Shown here piece after piece: positions 45,663 through 56,155 of a DNA stretch of 64,000 nt. Within the stretch, counting starts at the first letter, position 1, and each line of letters opens with the position of its first letter. The DNA is from Cyclobacteriaceae bacterium (GTDB lineage Bacteria > Bacteroidota > Bacteroidia > Cytophagales > Cyclobacteriaceae): positions 256 through 64,255 of the forward strand of contig JAEUUD010000001.1 of NCBI GenBank assembly GCA_016787625.1. Reading direction: 5' to 3'. The position numbers were made by a program, and so were the translations under genes. The notes under the pieces were generated by a model. The model had not been told where the DNA came from and made no database searches. It saw nothing but the letters and a program-made list of their open reading frames with translations.

Positions 45663-47369
45663 CTATGCTACGTCCTGTGATTGTATGCGTATTCGAAACA
45701 AAGTTCCCTTGCCATACTCCGACCTCACATCGATTTCACCTTTCAATCGCTGCAACGTTTCCCGCACAATGTACAATCCCAATCCGGTACCCTTTGAATG
45801 ATCATGAGCCTTGTAGAACATGTCAAAGATGCGCTGATGGTGCTCAGGCTTGATTCCAATTCCATTATCCTCAATGTCCATCAGTACATGACCGTTGTCA
45901 GCAAAGGCGTTGATCTTGACAAAGGATTGCTTGCCATGATCACGATAATGAATCGCATTGGCAAACAGGTTGGAGAAGACCACCTTTGATCGCTCACGGT
46001 CGGTTACAATTTCCAATTCAGTGGGAATTTCTACATAGATGCTCGTTGCACTGAAACCATCCATGTGTTTGAGGCCATACAACACCTCATGAACCACGTC
46101 GATCAGCTTAAATCGCTGCACAGTAAGTTCGAGCCGTGAATTTCTGGAGTAGTCCAGCACTTCCCGGATAAATGCATCGAGCACCTGGGCCCTGTCACTG
46201 ACCATCTTGATGATCTCCTGCCGTTCTCCGTCATCCTTCGCCATTGGATAAATCGATGTGAGGCCAAGGATGGAGCTCAAGGGTGCGCGGAGGTCATGAG
46301 AGACACTGTAAACAAAATAGTCCAGCTCCTTGTTGGCTTTGGCCAGGAGGTCGTTCTGAGATAAGATCTTTGCCTCGGCCTGCTTGCGTTCATCAATGTC
46401 AATGATGGAACCGATCACTACAGTGAGATTACCCTGATGATCTGTCTTGCCTATGCCAGTATCCTGGAACCATTTGAAAACCCCGCCTTTTGTTCGCAAC
46501 CTCACTTCATTCTGATACGGCGTATGGTCACGCATGTGACGTTGAATGGATTCCGAAGTACGCTGTACGTCATCGGGATGTACCATGTCGAGGAAGGTCT
46601 CCAGGGAGACGTGTACTGTTTCACCAGGACCATACCCAAGCAGTACTTTCCAATGATCACTCACCTGAACCTTGTTTCTGGCCACATCCCATTCGTATAT
46701 GCCGGCCCTGCTTCCTTTGAGTGCAAGGGAATATCGTTCTTCACTTTGCTTCAGATCCTCTGATGCCTTGATCATGGCTTGCTCACTGGCAATGAGTGAG
46801 CGCTCCGACTCCCGGTTTCTTGAAATGACAAACTGGACAATGAAGATGGAGGACAAAAGACCGATGGCGAAGTTGGCCAGGAAATTGATCTGAGTAATTT
46901 CAGGCGTCCGTAAAGGTGGCGCGATCAGGTTGGTGTCGTATAGCCTGGCAAAAAGGCCAAGCCCTATTGGGAGAAAACCAAAAGCAAGTTGTGTAGCCCT
47001 TGGATGATCACTGAAGAGTATGAGGCCGGCCACCGATGCATTGAGAAAAAAGAAATAAACGCCGCCCTGTGGCTGGTCAACGTCGGCAAACATGTACACC
47101 AGGGCATTAACCGGCAGAAGGATGCAAAGATTGGCTGCGCCGTAAAATCCATTTCTGTTAAGGATAATTACGACGGCCCCGATGACAAACATCACACCAT
47201 ACCATGGCATGAAGGCAAACACGTTGTTTGACCAGTCCAGAACAACATAAAAGGTAGCAACCGAAAATATGATGAGTGCGAACTCCCCACGCAGCATGGC
47301 AAACTTGTACTCTACTCGCGAAGGAATCCTCTCAGACCCCAACAGGAAGTTTCGCAACGCATGCTTCAT
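45663..47369 (-). CDS. Membrane PAS-domain sensor histidine kinase
   Basis: N-terminal TMs, PAS (VHPDD), H-box SHDLRAPL, NLFANA, DNGIGI, GTGLGL. Confidence 0.93.
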   Translation of the reverse strand: MKHALRNFLLGSERIPSRVEYKFAMLRGEFALIIFSVATFYVVLDWSNNVFAFMPWYGVMFVIGAVVIILNRNGFYGAANLCILLPVNALVYMFADVDQPQGGVYFFFLNASVAGLILFSDHPRATQLAFGFLPIGLGLFARLYDTNLIAPPLRTPEITQINFLANFAIGLLSSIFIVQFVISRNRESERSLIASEQAMIKASEDLKQSEERYSLALKGSRAGIYEWDVARNKVQVSDHWKVLLGYGPGETVHVSLETFLDMVHPDDVQRTSESIQRHMRDHTPYQNEVRLRTKGGVFKWFQDTGIGKTDHQGNLTVVIGSIIDIDERKQAEAKILSQNDLLAKANKELDYFVYSVSHDLRAPLSSILGLTSIYPMAKDDGERQEIIKMVSDRAQVLDAFIREVLDYSRNSRLELTVQRFKLIDVVHEVLYGLKHMDGFSATSIYVEIPTELEIVTDRERSKVVFSNLFANAIHYRDHGKQSFVKINAFADNGHVLMDIEDNGIGIKPEHHQRIFDMFYKAHDHSKGTGLGLYIVRETLQRLKGEIDVRSEYGKGTLFRIRIQSQDVA

Positions 47370-47377
47370 GGTAAAGG

Positions 47378-48586
47378 TCAGCTGAGTAGTGGTTGGAGTG
47401 CTTTAAGGAGTCCGTCAATGTTAGCCTTGCTGACGAAAATGTGGCATGAAATCCTGATGGCATTGTGTTGAGGCAACACTTTTACGATGATGTTCTTTTC
47501 CCTTAATGAAGCGTAGACATCGGTATTCTTTACATTGTTCAATTCGAAACTGACAATGCCCGTGGCAAGCTTTGGGTTTTCGGGACTTAACATGCGAAGG
47601 CCGTTCATCTTTCGAAGTCCGGCATCACAGTATTTTCTCAGATCCATACAATACGCCGCCGACTGCGCGGGATTCAATGCCGTGTGCCAATCAATGGCAG
47701 CCCCAAGACCCATCATCGTTGCAACATTGCGTGTGCCTGATGATTTTGAATACGCGTCAAGTCCCGACAGCGTAAACACCGGTGGCACCCTGGAGGGGAA
47801 CCCTTTTCTGATATATAGAAAACCTGTTTCCTTCGGCCCTAGCAACCATTTGTGACCACTGCTGGCGTACGCGTCAGCGCCTATGGCTTTCACATCGATT
47901 GGAATGAGGCCGGGTGCTTGTGCACCATCGACCATCAAGAAGATGCCTCGTGCTGAAGTGACTTTGGCAATTTCTGCCAATGGCATGACCATACCCGTCA
48001 CCGTATTAACATGACTGAGCATGACGAGCTTTGTGCGCGGCGTCATGGCATTGACAACCGCAGATACAATCTCATCCTCACGCTCAGGTGGTAGAGGCAG
48101 AGTCACTTTCTTTATACGTGCTCCCTTGGTCAACTCGAGAAATTCGAGACCAACTTCACCACCACCATGTTCAAGCGTTGTGGTGATGATTTCATCGTCC
48201 TTCTCAAGGGGTAGAACCTGGCAGATCAGGTTAAGTCCCTCCGTTGTGTTCCGTGTCAGCAGCACTTCGGAAGGCTCTGCGTGAATGAAATCACCTACTT
48301 TTTTCCTTACCCCTTCCATCTCAGTACCAAGACGACCCCAGTTCTCCGACACCGGATCCTTCTCCAGGGTCCACATGGCGTTAACCACCGTGTCGAGTAC
48401 GGCCCGGGGACTTGGGCCCAGACTCCCGGTGTTCAGGTATATTTTTCCTTCAGGAACGAGCAACTGGCTACGGATGTCCTCACCCAATGACACAGGAGCC
48501 TGAGGCATGGCCTCCGTTATGCCATGTAAAAGCGTGGCGCCAGTTAATAAACCGGTCTTTTGTATAAAGGATCTTCGTGATGTCAT
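47378..48586 (-). CDS. Class V PLP-dependent enzyme with Tat signal (isopenicillin N epimerase / desulfurase-like)
   Basis: SRRSFI, YLNTGSLGP, VDGAQ, SGHKWLLGP. Confidence 0.87.
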   Translation of the reverse strand: MTSRRSFIQKTGLLTGATLLHGITEAMPQAPVSLGEDIRSQLLVPEGKIYLNTGSLGPSPRAVLDTVVNAMWTLEKDPVSENWGRLGTEMEGVRKKVGDFIHAEPSEVLLTRNTTEGLNLICQVLPLEKDDEIITTTLEHGGGEVGLEFLELTKGARIKKVTLPLPPEREDEIVSAVVNAMTPRTKLVMLSHVNTVTGMVMPLAEIAKVTSARGIFLMVDGAQAPGLIPIDVKAIGADAYASSGHKWLLGPKETGFLYIRKGFPSRVPPVFTLSGLDAYSKSSGTRNVATMMGLGAAIDWHTALNPAQSAAYCMDLRKYCDAGLRKMNGLRMLSPENPKLATGIVSFELNNVKNTDVYASLREKNIIVKVLPQHNAIRISCHIFVSKANIDGLLKALQPLLS

Positions 48587-48622
48587 GAAGTGGAGATGTG
48601 CTTTCAGGCTTTAAAAAATGCC

Positions 48623-50785
48623 TTACATCCTCTCTCCCAGCTTCACACCTTTCAACTCTTCCTGCAGGACAAACGGCTGACTGCGCAATCGCTTGCCCGT
48701 TGCTTTGAAGATGGCATTTGATACCGCAGCTCCTGTAGGCGGAAGAGCAGGTTCACCAAGGCCAGTAGGATCAATGCCATTGTCAACAAAGTGCACATCC
48801 ACTTCTGGAACTTCTTTTAAGCGGATCAGCCTGAAGGCATTGAAGTTTCTCTGCTCAGCAGCGCCATCCTTGAAGGTGAGGTTGCTGAACATGGCATGTC
48901 CCATACCATCAACGACACCTCCCCTGACCTGTTGCCGCGCACCACTTTGATTAACCACAATACCGCAATCAACAGCGGCATGAATTTTCTGTATCACCGG
49001 CTTTCCTTGTTTCATTTCAACATCAGCCACCTGAGCGACATAGGACCGGTGAGAAAAATAAACACTAAAGCCCTGTGACAGGCCTTTGCGTGTTCCCCAT
49101 CCCGACTTGTCTGCAGCAAGCTGAATCACACCTTTCATTCTATCGATGTCATACTTGATGGCTCCGACGGGAGATGTTTTGGCACGATCGAGAAGCTTCA
49201 ACCGGAATTGAACAGGGTCCTGGCCTGCAGCGAGAGCTACTTCATCGAGGAATGACTGTTCAGCGAATGCGAGGAAATTGGTGATGGGCGCGCGCCATGC
49301 ACCTGTCGTAATGGGTGACTTATGCTCTATGGATTCAATCAATAAATTGTCAACAGCGCCAGAAGGGAAGTTGTCTTCCCGTGTACTGTTACCCGCGTTG
49401 ATTCCTACACCACGAAGCCGGTATCCGGTCATATTGCCGGATGCATCCAGGGATGCCTCGAACCTGTATCGTACTGCAGGACGGTAGCTTCCGCCACCCA
49501 TGTCATCTTCCCGCGTCCAGATCACTTTTACAGGTGCCTTGATGATGCTCGAAAGTTCAGCAGCTTCAAGTACATAATCAGCCTTTAATCTCCTGCCAAA
49601 CCCGCCACCAAGGCGTGTCAGCTCAAGGGTGATTTTGTCTGGTGCAATCCCGAGCAGCTTGGCCGTCTCGTTGCGGGCAAGGTCGGGTGTCTGCGTTGGG
49701 CCAACGAGCTCGACACCGTCTTCACGCACGTGTGCGAAGAAGTTCATGGGCTCCATCGGATTGTGTGGAAGGAATGGGCATTGGAACTCGCTCCTGACAA
49801 CCTTGGCCGCAGACTTGAACGCTGCTTCCACATCGCCGTCCTTACGACGTTGCGTAGCCTCTGGTTTATCAAGCAGTTCTTTGAACAACCTGTCGTGATC
49901 AGCGGTGCTTTCAATAGCGCCATCAGGCTCATACTCAATCTTCAGCGCCTTCCGAGCCTTGTTCACCTGCCACGTGGACTTGCCAACAACAGCAACATTG
50001 TTTTTGAAAGTCACAACGTCAGTAATGCCTGGCATGGCTTTGGCAGCCGCGGCATCTACGGATTTGATTTTAGTACCGAAAGCAACGGGTCGCTGAATCA
50101 TCGCGAAGAGCATGCCTTCGCGATAGAAGTCCATACCGAAGATGGGCTTGCCAGTGATGATATCCTGATTGTCTACGTTACGAACGGCAGTGCCAATCAA
50201 TTTGAAGTCCTTTTTGTCTTTCAGCTTGACCTCAGCAGGGATGCTCAACGCTGCAGCTTCTGCAGCCAGTTCTCCATACCCAAGTGACCGATTGGTTTCG
50301 CTGTGAGTGACCACGCTCTTTTCTGTTGTCAAGGAGGATGCCGGTACACCCCAGCGTTTTGCGGCCGCTTCTGTTAACAAGTACCTGGCTGTTGCACCGG
50401 CCTTCCGCAGCCTCTCCCATGAGTGTGGAATCGCTCCGCTTCCACCGGTCAATTGCCTCTCGTACTTTTTGGTATCGAGCGCTGCCTGAACCACATGGAC
50501 ACGTGCCCAGTCTGCGTCAAGTTCCTCGGCCACAATCATCGGGAATGATGTTTTGATGTTTTGACCGACTTCCGGATTGGGAGAAAAAATGGTGATTAAG
50601 CCATCTGGTGATATGGAGAGGTAACTGTTGAACGGGATCTCTCCCGCCGCGAGATTCTCTGGATCAATGATGCTGAGTCCACCAGCCTCAGTTTCTGACA
50701 TATTAAAGCCAAGCAACAGCCCACTGGTTATAGTACCGCTAATTTTCAGGAAGTTACGTCGACTTGTTGTAGTATGAGTTGACAT
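48623..50785 (-). CDS. iorB: Isoquinoline 1-oxidoreductase beta-like molybdopterin-binding subunit
   Basis: Tat SRRNFLK, EVGQ, TGGS, GGGFGRR, WRAP, GLGEP; start ATG 50785. Confidence 0.9.
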   Translation of the reverse strand: MSTHTTTSRRNFLKISGTITSGLLLGFNMSETEAGGLSIIDPENLAAGEIPFNSYLSISPDGLITIFSPNPEVGQNIKTSFPMIVAEELDADWARVHVVQAALDTKKYERQLTGGSGAIPHSWERLRKAGATARYLLTEAAAKRWGVPASSLTTEKSVVTHSETNRSLGYGELAAEAAALSIPAEVKLKDKKDFKLIGTAVRNVDNQDIITGKPIFGMDFYREGMLFAMIQRPVAFGTKIKSVDAAAAKAMPGITDVVTFKNNVAVVGKSTWQVNKARKALKIEYEPDGAIESTADHDRLFKELLDKPEATQRRKDGDVEAAFKSAAKVVRSEFQCPFLPHNPMEPMNFFAHVREDGVELVGPTQTPDLARNETAKLLGIAPDKITLELTRLGGGFGRRLKADYVLEAAELSSIIKAPVKVIWTREDDMGGGSYRPAVRYRFEASLDASGNMTGYRLRGVGINAGNSTREDNFPSGAVDNLLIESIEHKSPITTGAWRAPITNFLAFAEQSFLDEVALAAGQDPVQFRLKLLDRAKTSPVGAIKYDIDRMKGVIQLAADKSGWGTRKGLSQGFSVYFSHRSYVAQVADVEMKQGKPVIQKIHAAVDCGIVVNQSGARQQVRGGVVDGMGHAMFSNLTFKDGAAEQRNFNAFRLIRLKEVPEVDVHFVDNGIDPTGLGEPALPPTGAAVSNAIFKATGKRLRSQPFVLQEELKGVKLGERM

Positions 50786-50787
50786 GA

Positions 50788-51249
50788 TTATTTCATTTTG
50801 TTGGAGGCCAGAGTAACAGCTTCGCGTATCCGGTGATAGGTCCCGCACCGGCACAGGTTGGGGTGCATGGCATCGTCAATCTGTTTTGACGTTGGCTTAG
50901 GGGTCTTGGCCAACAGGGCGGCAGCCGTCATGATTTGTCCGGCCTGACAATAGCCGCATTGTGGCACATCCACTTCCGTCCATGCCTGCTGGACAGGATG
51001 CGTACCACCTTCAGAAAGGCCTTCAATGGTCGTAATGGCGGCAGCGCCTATGGCAGAAACAGGCAGCGTGCATGCCCTGACAGCGGCCCCGTTCAGGTGG
51101 ACAGTACAGGCGCCACATTGCGCAATACCGCATCCAAACTTGGTTCCCAGCAGTCCCAGATTGTCACGCAAGACCCATAGCAGTGGTGTATCGGCATCCA
51201 CATCCGCTTCCAGTGCCTTACCATTGATTTTCAATTTGTACGTCGCCAT
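50788..51249 (-). CDS. iorA: (2Fe-2S)-binding subunit, isoquinoline 1-oxidoreductase alpha-like
   Basis: [29 protein letters not shown]. Confidence 0.93.
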   Translation of the reverse strand: MATYKLKINGKALEADVDADTPLLWVLRDNLGLLGTKFGCGIAQCGACTVHLNGAAVRACTLPVSAIGAAAITTIEGLSEGGTHPVQQAWTEVDVPQCGYCQAGQIMTAAALLAKTPKPTSKQIDDAMHPNLCRCGTYHRIREAVTLASNKMK

Positions 51250-51430
51250 AATCCAATGATGTGATTTTAGTTAAGGTAAGGTAATGAAAAAGTTGATCGC
51301 GTTGAACGTGGATTTGGCAGGTGGTAGAACCAGGTAAACCGATGGCATTAGCGTTTGCCCATAGGAACAACGCCATCTTGAACCGCTGTAGCAGAAACTG
51401 AATGATTACATTGCACGGACTACCTCTGTA

Positions 51431-53113
51431 ATGAAATCCTACATCACATCCCTTCGGTTCCTTGCCATGTTTGTCTTAGGTCCATGGGTCACTACGGCTC
51501 AGCCTGCAGACATCATCCTTATCAACGGAAAAGTATGGACAGCAATGGATGATGGGCGTTTCGTTGAAGCGCTCGCCATTCGGGGTAATCTTATTTCAAA
51601 GGCCGGAACAACCGCCGAGGTGCAACGTCTTGCCGGGAAGCAGACACGAACGATTGACCTGAAAGGGCGTCTGGTTATTCCCGGATTCAACGATGCACAT
51701 ATCCATATGCTCAGCGGGTCACTTGGCCTCTTTGAAGCCGACCTAACTCCTGCCAAATCTCCTGCTGATGTGGTGCAGATTGTGAATGCTTTCGCTAAGG
51801 CGAACCCCGGTAAGCGATGGATCATCGGCCGTGGTTGGCAATACACACAGTTTCCTTCGGGTCTTCCTTCTCATACTGATTTGAATGGCATTGCTTCAGA
51901 CCGGCCCGTTTTCCTTACCGGGTATGATGGACATAGCGCATGGGCCAATGCCAAGGCCATGGAGATAGCCGGTGTCAATGCCGGCAGCAAGGCGAAGGGA
52001 TTTGGCACCGTCGTTCTTGATAAAGATGGAAAGCCAACCGGCGCCTTGCTGGAGAGCGCACAGGACCTCGTCGAAGTGTTTGTTCCTCAACCAACGCGTC
52101 AGGAAAAACTGGATGCACTCATCAAGGGTCTTCAACTTGCCGCAAGCCTGGGTATCACAAGCATGCAGAATGCTGATGGTACGGTAGAGGGTTTTTCCCT
52201 ATTCCTTGAATTGTTTAGACAACAGAAATTGAGCGTCAGGTATGGAGCTGCATTTTCAGTGGGTCCCGAAACAACGGATCAGGAAATTGAATCCTTCCGT
52301 ATTCTCAGAAGAGACCTCGGCCACACGAACGCCATGCTAACCGCCGATGCCATCAAATTTATGCTTGATGGCGTCATCGAATCACATACTGCGGCCATGC
52401 TTGAACCCTACGCCGACATGCCGGCTTCCCGAGGTGACTTTGCTATACCGTTGGACAAGTATCGTGCACATGTGATGGCACTTGATCAGGACGGCTTCAG
52501 GCTCTACACCCATGCCCTGGGCGACAGGGCTGTCCGTGAAGCGTTGAGTGCATATGAAGATGCGGCGAAGAAATCCGGTGCACGCCCACGCAGACATCGC
52601 ATCGAGCACATCGAGAACATTTCACCCGCCGACATGCCGCGGTTTCACCAGCTTGGTGTGCTGGCATCCATGCAGCCGATCCATGCAGATCCGGGTTCCA
52701 TGGGCGTTTGGGAAAACGCCGTTGGAGCAGACCGGCTTCCGCGCGCTTTTGCCTGGGCTTCTCTCCTTCAGCATCGGGCGTATCTTGTCTTCAGCAGCGA
52801 CTGGCCGGCGTGCATTGACATGAGTCCTATTCGCGGCATTCATGTCGCTGTCAACCGCCGGACACCACAGGGATTTCCGCCTGAAGGATGGGTGGTGGCG
52901 CAGAAAGTTTCCATGAGAGAGGCCTTGCTCGCATACACCCGTGCCGGGGCATATGCATCCTTTGAAGAAAATACAAAAGGCCAGCTTCGGGAAGGTTTCC
53001 TCGCTGACCTTGTTATTCTGTCTCAGGACCTGTTCACCATCGATCCGATGAACACGGCCAATACAACCGTACTACTCACCATGATGGATGGCAAGGTGGT
53101 CTTTGAAAAATAA
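51431..53113 (+). CDS. Amidohydrolase family 3 (YtcJ-like), secreted
   Basis: PGFNDAHIH, HALGDRA, HRIEH, SSDWP. Confidence 0.92.
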   Translation: MKSYITSLRFLAMFVLGPWVTTAQPADIILINGKVWTAMDDGRFVEALAIRGNLISKAGTTAEVQRLAGKQTRTIDLKGRLVIPGFNDAHIHMLSGSLGLFEADLTPAKSPADVVQIVNAFAKANPGKRWIIGRGWQYTQFPSGLPSHTDLNGIASDRPVFLTGYDGHSAWANAKAMEIAGVNAGSKAKGFGTVVLDKDGKPTGALLESAQDLVEVFVPQPTRQEKLDALIKGLQLAASLGITSMQNADGTVEGFSLFLELFRQQKLSVRYGAAFSVGPETTDQEIESFRILRRDLGHTNAMLTADAIKFMLDGVIESHTAAMLEPYADMPASRGDFAIPLDKYRAHVMALDQDGFRLYTHALGDRAVREALSAYEDAAKKSGARPRRHRIEHIENISPADMPRFHQLGVLASMQPIHADPGSMGVWENAVGADRLPRAFAWASLLQHRAYLVFSSDWPACIDMSPIRGIHVAVNRRTPQGFPPEGWVVAQKVSMREALLAYTRAGAYASFEENTKGQLREGFLADLVILSQDLFTIDPMNTANTTVLLTMMDGKVVFEK

Positions 53114-53131
53114 TAATGCTTGATCCTGAAT

Positions 53132-53995
53132 CTAGCCGAGATACGTCTTCAGGGCCTTGCTGCGTGAATTCTGGCGGAGACGACGTGTGGCCTTCTCTTT
53201 GATCTGCCTCACACGTTCGCGTGTAAGTTCAAACTTGTCGCCAATTTCCTCCAGCGTCAGCGCCTGCTGGCCGTTAAGGCCAAAATAGAGCGTCATGACA
53301 TCCGATTCACGCTGGGGCAATGTTGACAATGCACGGCTTACTTCGCGACGGAGGGAATCCATCATCAGCGTGTTATCAGGTGTATCAGAGTGTTCATTCT
53401 CGAGTACATCGAGAAGGCTGTTTTCTTCACCCTGTACAAAGGGTGCGTCCACGGAAACATGGCGGCCCGAGAGCCTCATGTTGCTGTTGATTTCATCGGT
53501 GGTGATATCGAGGACTTCTGCCAGCTCTTCTGCAGAAGGCTCGCGCTGAAATTTCTGTTCCAGCTCCGAAAATGTCTTATTGATTTTGTTGAGTGAGCCG
53601 ACGCGGTTCAGCGGCAGGCGTACAATACGCGACTGTTCAGCCAACGCTTGCATGATCGACTGACGAATCCACCATACGGCGTATGAGATGAACTTGAAAC
53701 CACGTGTCTCATCAAAACGGGAAGCCGCCTTGATAAGGCCCACATTTCCCTCGTTGATAAGGTCGCCCAGGGACATGCCGTTGTTTTGATATTGCTTGGC
53801 GACAGAGACAACGAATCGCAGGTTGGCCATGGCCAGTTTCTCCAGCGCGATCTGGTCGCCGGCCCTGATGCGTTTTGCCAGTTCAACCTCCTGTTCTGAG
53901 GTAATCAGGTCCACTTTGCCAATTTCTGTAAGGTATTTGTCGAGCGATTCACTTTCACGGTTGGTGATTTGCTTGACTATCTTAAGTTGTCTCAT
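53132..53995 (-). CDS. rpoD: RNA polymerase sigma-70 factor, RpoD/SigA family (Bacteroidota short type, no region 1.1)
   Basis: MRQLKI start at 53995, [43 protein letters not shown]; could be a paralog rather than the primary sigma. Confidence 0.9.
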   Translation of the reverse strand: MRQLKIVKQITNRESESLDKYLTEIGKVDLITSEQEVELAKRIRAGDQIALEKLAMANLRFVVSVAKQYQNNGMSLGDLINEGNVGLIKAASRFDETRGFKFISYAVWWIRQSIMQALAEQSRIVRLPLNRVGSLNKINKTFSELEQKFQREPSAEELAEVLDITTDEINSNMRLSGRHVSVDAPFVQGEENSLLDVLENEHSDTPDNTLMMDSLRREVSRALSTLPQRESDVMTLYFGLNGQQALTLEEIGDKFELTRERVRQIKEKATRRLRQNSRSKALKTYLG

Positions 53996-54095
53996 GTCTT
54001 GATATCTTTTTAAGTCTCTAAAAAAAGGTGCTTGCCATGTAATAGGCGGATGTCCGGAGGGACTTGAGGCAAACACACGGGGCGACGGGCCCCTT

Positions 54096-54153
54096 AAAGA
54101 AAAAAGCAAGTAAACAGTCCGGCTTTTGTAAACCGACTCCCTGTTTACTTGCT
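54096..54153 (-). terminator. Long hairpin with U tract between csp and the sigma gene
   Basis: Perfect 13-bp stem AGCAAGTAAACAG/CTGTTTACTTGCT (54105-54117 with 54141-54153), an inner hairpin and a following T-run on the minus strand. Confidence 0.75.
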
Positions 54154-54169
54154 GTACAGAGAGTTCTGG

Positions 54170-54361
54170 TTATTGAATAACTTCTACGCGAACCGCGTTC
54201 ATGCCCTTCTTGCCACGCTCCACTTCAAACTTCACCTTGTCGTTTTCACGAATCTGATCGATGAGACCAGACTTGTGCACGAACAGATCCTCCGAAGAGT
54301 CTGACGGCTTGATGAATCCAAATCCTTTCTCGTTGTTGAAAAACTTCACTGTTCCTTCCAT
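54170..54361 (-). CDS. Cold-shock protein (CspA family)
   Basis: GTVKFFNNEKGFGFI (RNP1), LFVH (RNP2). Confidence 0.95.
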   Translation of the reverse strand: MEGTVKFFNNEKGFGFIKPSDSSEDLFVHKSGLIDQIRENDKVKFEVERGKKGMNAVRVEVIQ

Positions 54362-54382
54362 GGTACTGATAATTAATTGGTT

Positions 54383-54592
54383 TTATTGTTTTAACTGATT
54401 CCCTTGCGGGAAATTTTTAGGCGGCTCAGAGGTAAAGTTGCCGAACTCGTCGACATACATAATCATATCCTCTAACGCTCCTCCCTTTGAATTCTTTTTT
54501 CTTTCTTCTCTTTTTTCTTCCTTTTCCAATCGCTTCTTCCTACGCACCTCTTCCTTCTGTTTCTTGATGAATGCGTTGTTCGATTTTGCCAT
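54383..54592 (-). CDS. Small basic hypothetical protein upstream of csp
   Basis: K/E/R-rich helix, MIMYVDEFGNFTSEPP motif. Confidence 0.8.
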   Translation of the reverse strand: MAKSNNAFIKKQKEEVRRKKRLEKEEKREERKKNSKGGALEDMIMYVDEFGNFTSEPPKNFPQGNQLKQ

Positions 54593-54874
54593 TGGTCATG
54601 GTTTGGTTACCCACTAAATAACAAATACATCCCCGTTTAGTTCATCCGTTGCGTGGAAACGGAGGGCGGGTCCTGGCACTTACTCGCGTAAGTCCTCAAA
54701 GCCCTGTTTAGGTCAAAATACTCCAAAAAGTGAGGGTATTCTCTGTGAAAAGGGCCTCAACCCGTGGCTTCATTCTGCCAAAAACGTGGTAAAGGTAGCC
54801 CTTTTGGAGGCCATTACCTAATCCTACGGCAGTCGGTCCAGGGTATTTGGGGTTGCCTTGGTTAAAAAGTGGTT

Positions 54875-54907
54875 AAAAGAAAATCCCCGGCATAGGCTGG
54901 GGATTTT
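54875..54907 (-). terminator. Intrinsic terminator after the DUF2911 gene
   Basis: Minus strand AAAATCCCCAGC-ctat-GCCGGGGATTTT followed by CTTTT. Confidence 0.75.
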
Positions 54908-54935
54908 ACGATGACTGGCGTAAAAGGTTTAGTAT

Positions 54936-56048
54936 CTAGTTGATAGGTTCTCCCTTTTCAAGCTTCTTGATCATGCCATCAATGGTGGTCTTGTTGGCAG
55001 CGACAGTCTCATTCTTCAGCGCGTCCTGGGCAAACTTGAGCGCCTTCTTGGAGTCACCCGTGGCTGAAAGGCCGCGAGCCATTCCCATCAAAGCGACAGA
55101 ATTGGTAGGGAAACGTTTAACAGCCAGGTCGAATACCGGCATGGATTCCTTTTCGCGCTTGGCCGTGATCAACGAGCGGCCATAATTAACAATCTGGCCA
55201 GCGGTTGCATCTGGCAAGTTGATGGCTTCCTTCATCACCACATCAGCATCTGGTTGCTTACCCATCGCCACGAGCACAGCGCCGCGTGCATTGTAGATCG
55301 GGAAGTACTTCACGTTCCGGTCGATCAAAGCCTGCAGCCAGCCGTTGGCTTCGTCCAGGTTAATCTTGCGTGTCGCACAGAAGTTGGCGGCTGCAACCAC
55401 ATTGAGCCAGTTAAAACTCTTGGGGCCTGTCATTTCATCCCTCAGGCGAGCAACATACAGCGCGTCGCCATTGGGAACAGCAATCTTGAAAGGCACCTGG
55501 AGCTTTTCCCATCTCAACCTGGCTGTGCTGCTGTTCTGCAGCCTGTCGACGAAGTCGTAAGTGAGAAACTCATTGAACTCATCGCAAGCTTTTGCCTTGA
55601 CAGTAACCCTCAGTACTTCATCGCTGGGGACATATGAAAAACTTCCCCATGCGCTGGCGCTGTTGGTGAAAATAACCACCCAGTCCTGCTCCCCGGGAAT
55701 CATGTGCAATCCGTATGTCCCGGCTTTCAAAGCCTTTCCTTCTATCTCAACATCGTTGGAGAACGTGATGGTGGTGTTTTCATTGGCACCAGCCCGCCAC
55801 GGTGAAGGATTCTGCTCAGTGCTTTTGTTAAAGTTAAGGTTGGCCAGTCCGTAAGGGACGAGCTTTCCCCAGATCTCCCGGCCGCCAACATCGGGACTGT
55901 TGTAAATGATGGTGACCTTCACCAGGCCCATATACTGGGTAACTTCACCACGCTGGTTGGCGCCACTTGGTGGAAGGGTCATCTGCGCTGTCGATACAAT
56001 GGCTGCCATGATACCGGTCAGCAGAAGCAGTAGTCGAATGGATTTCAT
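54936..56048 (-). CDS. DUF2911 domain secreted protein with TPR tail
   Basis: GREIWGKLVPYG, PWRAGANENTTI; start ATG 56048. Confidence 0.87.
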   Translation of the reverse strand: MKSIRLLLLLTGIMAAIVSTAQMTLPPSGANQRGEVTQYMGLVKVTIIYNSPDVGGREIWGKLVPYGLANLNFNKSTEQNPSPWRAGANENTTITFSNDVEIEGKALKAGTYGLHMIPGEQDWVVIFTNSASAWGSFSYVPSDEVLRVTVKAKACDEFNEFLTYDFVDRLQNSSTARLRWEKLQVPFKIAVPNGDALYVARLRDEMTGPKSFNWLNVVAAANFCATRKINLDEANGWLQALIDRNVKYFPIYNARGAVLVAMGKQPDADVVMKEAINLPDATAGQIVNYGRSLITAKREKESMPVFDLAVKRFPTNSVALMGMARGLSATGDSKKALKFAQDALKNETVAANKTTIDGMIKKLEKGEPIN

Positions 56049-56155
56049 AAACCGTATTTTTTTGGTTGGACGAAAGTACACTTTTTGACGAGCCGGGACA
56101 CAGGTCATACAGGAACGGTAAAAATTGTAGTGAAGAACCGAAAGTATACCCCCCG

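Noticed and set aside
27887-48586. Penicillin acylase plus an isopenicillin-N-epimerase-like enzyme as a beta-lactam pathway
   Set aside because: They are 17 kb apart on opposite strands, both families are broad, and no beta-lactam biosynthesis genes are present.
53996-54109. N-terminal extensions in the ORF track for the sigma factor (and likewise IorB, PLD, DUF2911, the ArsC-like and DDAH-like proteins)
   Set aside because: The extensions start at upstream or alternative codons that overlap neighbouring genes or UTRs. Family-typical N-termini begin at the downstream ATGs used here.
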